Both the position numbers and the translations under genes were made by a program. From positions 5,332,001 to 5,396,000 of the forward strand of contig JBHGNT010000020.1 in the NCBI GenBank assembly GCA_043228905.1: a DNA stretch of 64,000 nucleotides, in the 5' to 3' direction. Within the stretch, counting starts at the first letter, position 1, and every line of letters begins with the position of its first letter. Positions 62,210 through 64,000 of the stretch are shown here, piece by piece. This stretch comes from Azolla caroliniana. Lineage: Eukaryota > Plantae > Polypodiophyta. The notes beneath the pieces are model-generated. The model was not told where the DNA came from. It did no database searches and saw only the letters and a program-made list of their open reading frames with translations.

Positions 62210-64000
62210 GTCGTCTTCGGAGTCGGTAGGTTGTGGTGATATGGGTGCGCCTACATGCTCTCGCCTGATCACTCGTAATCGCCTATGGACGCTGAGATCT
62301 CTATGTTCGCGAAATGAAAGGGACTCTACGCGGCGTGAGATTTCTTTCTTTCTCCATGCGTGGCGCCTTTTCTTGATTCCCGCGCATGCACTTCCTGTAC
62401 TAATATAGCAGACGGTTAAGACGTGGTGTGCCTGTCTTTAAAAGCTTTAATTAGCCACCCACCACACCTTTTCAAAGTGCTCGTTCGGTCCTTGCCTCTA
62501 CATGATGACTTTCTTTCTTTCTGTTTATTTTTTATTTTTTATATTGTGGTTGAGTTAACCAGAAGCACCAGGTCCGTAGCCCGGTTTTTCCCCTTCTTCA
62601 TGATTGTCGGCCACCTGTTTGTCGTTATCCGGTACCGCCGGCTCCGCCTGACTGTCGAGTACTTTTTTCCGGCTTCCTACTGTTGTATCAGCCTCTGGCT
62701 ACTCAAACGGATTCTGTGGCATGGGTCCACAATATGGTTTGAGTCGGAACCCATTGACCCATTTGCCCATTATCCCACCGGTGAGCGTTCCGAGCTGGTA
62801 TAAACCGTTGAATTCCCACATTATCCAATATGGTCTAGTCCACCGGAACCGTAGCTTTCCCAACATCTAACCCATCCGGGGCTAGAACATGAGTACCGGC
62901 TTGCCGATCCCAAACATCTTCTCATTGTCCTTTCGGTGCCAATCAACAAACGCCTTCCTTCGGTGCTGCCCCAGTTCCAACTGCATGAGACTTGTTATCC
63001 GATGTTCCTCGAGTTCGCACAATGTGACTAACTGGATTTTTTCCGATTCCTTTTCACTTAGTCGTTCTCTAACCTGTATCTGCAAACTCGGAACCTGAAA
63101 TTCGATCGGCATTACTGCTTCAAGCCCAAATGTTAACCGGAATGGTGTTGACCGGATACTCGTTTTGTATGTCGTCCGGTATGCCCATAGTGCACTATGC
63201 AGCTTGGTGTCCCAATCGGTCCGGTTTTCATTGACAATCTTTCGCAGGATGTTTTGGAGCGTTTTGTTCGTGGATTCATCTAGTCCATTGGCTTGTGGAT
63301 AGTAAGGGGTACTACGCTTGTGTACCACGGCATAAAATGTTGTTAAGCTCTCCACTACTTGATCGAGAGAATGTCCGCCTTGGTCGCTAATTAATTCGAT
63401 CGGGCATCCATACCAGCACCAGATGTACTCATATAAGAACTTTGTCGTCGAAGCCGCAAAGTTGTCCCGCAACGCCTTGGCTTCTACCCACTTGGTGCAA
63501 TAATCGGTGGAGACTATGACATATCTGTTGCCGGTTCTCATTGTCGGAGGTTTAAATGGCCCAACGAAATCCAGCCCCCATTTCTGAAATGGTTCTAAGG
63601 GTAGCACCGGCTGGTGAGGCATCCTTGCCTATTCTATTGGTTGGCCCATCCGTTGACATAAATCACAGACTTTCGCGTACCGAACCGAGTCCTTCAATGT
63701 CGTCGGCCACCATAGCCCGTTGTGCCATATCTTTCTTGCCGTAGCATCCCCGGCATAGTGCCCTCCGGCCATGCCACAATGTGCTTCTCATAATATTGTG
63801 TCCTTTTCATCGCTTCGCACTGCTCGCCGCCATATGCCACCCACGCCTTTGTGGTACAGAGTGTCCTGTAGTAGACAACAATGTCGGCTTTGCACCGCTA
63901 ACCGCTTCGGCTCATCCCGGTTCATCTCCTCCGGTGGGAGTTCCGTGCTTAGGAATTGATGCATGTTGGTTAGCCACTTGTCTTCGTCGACTACTGTGCT

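Larger units (their letters stand above)
58783..64000 (-). mobile_element. Gypsy H (Y-type), 3' part, inserted in the 3' LTR of G; runs off the window
   Basis: 3' LTR 58783-59246; ORF2 ~59310-62209; integrase ~62700-64000 ([18 protein letters not shown]). Confidence 0.92.

Overview
Eukaryotic land-plant genomic DNA; the retroelement types suggest a non-seed plant (inference). Bases 1-631 hold the first exons of a spliced host gene on the minus strand, a secreted Cys-rich PAR1-family protein. From ~2.9 kb to the end the window is almost entirely nested LTR retrotransposons, resolved by matching LTR pairs, PBS/PPT and 5-bp TSDs. Copia G (7343->58782) contains Gypsy A (11518-58196). A contains the young Copia E (17688-23019) and Copia F (24206-57097). 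F contains Gypsy B (27247-54997). B contains Gypsy C > Tat-like D > a chromovirus, a mosaic insertion M (44395-49948) and two solo LTRs. Gypsy H sits in G's 3' LTR. Element letters are my own labels. Main result: all four visible 3' ends of the non-chromovirus Gypsy group lack a polypurine tract. Each instead carries a sense copy of a tRNA-Arg 3' end (T-arm, acceptor strand, CCA), split by a covarying hairpin and ending 2 nt before the 3' LTR. This is in effect an inverted second PBS and suggests tRNA-type priming of the plus strand. Other notable items: an integrated mosaic with two U5 ends from different LTR families, a conserved coiled-coil extra ORF, antisense Pol III A/B boxes in two LTRs, and self-priming and -1 frameshift signals in the chromovirus. 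All alignments were done by eye.
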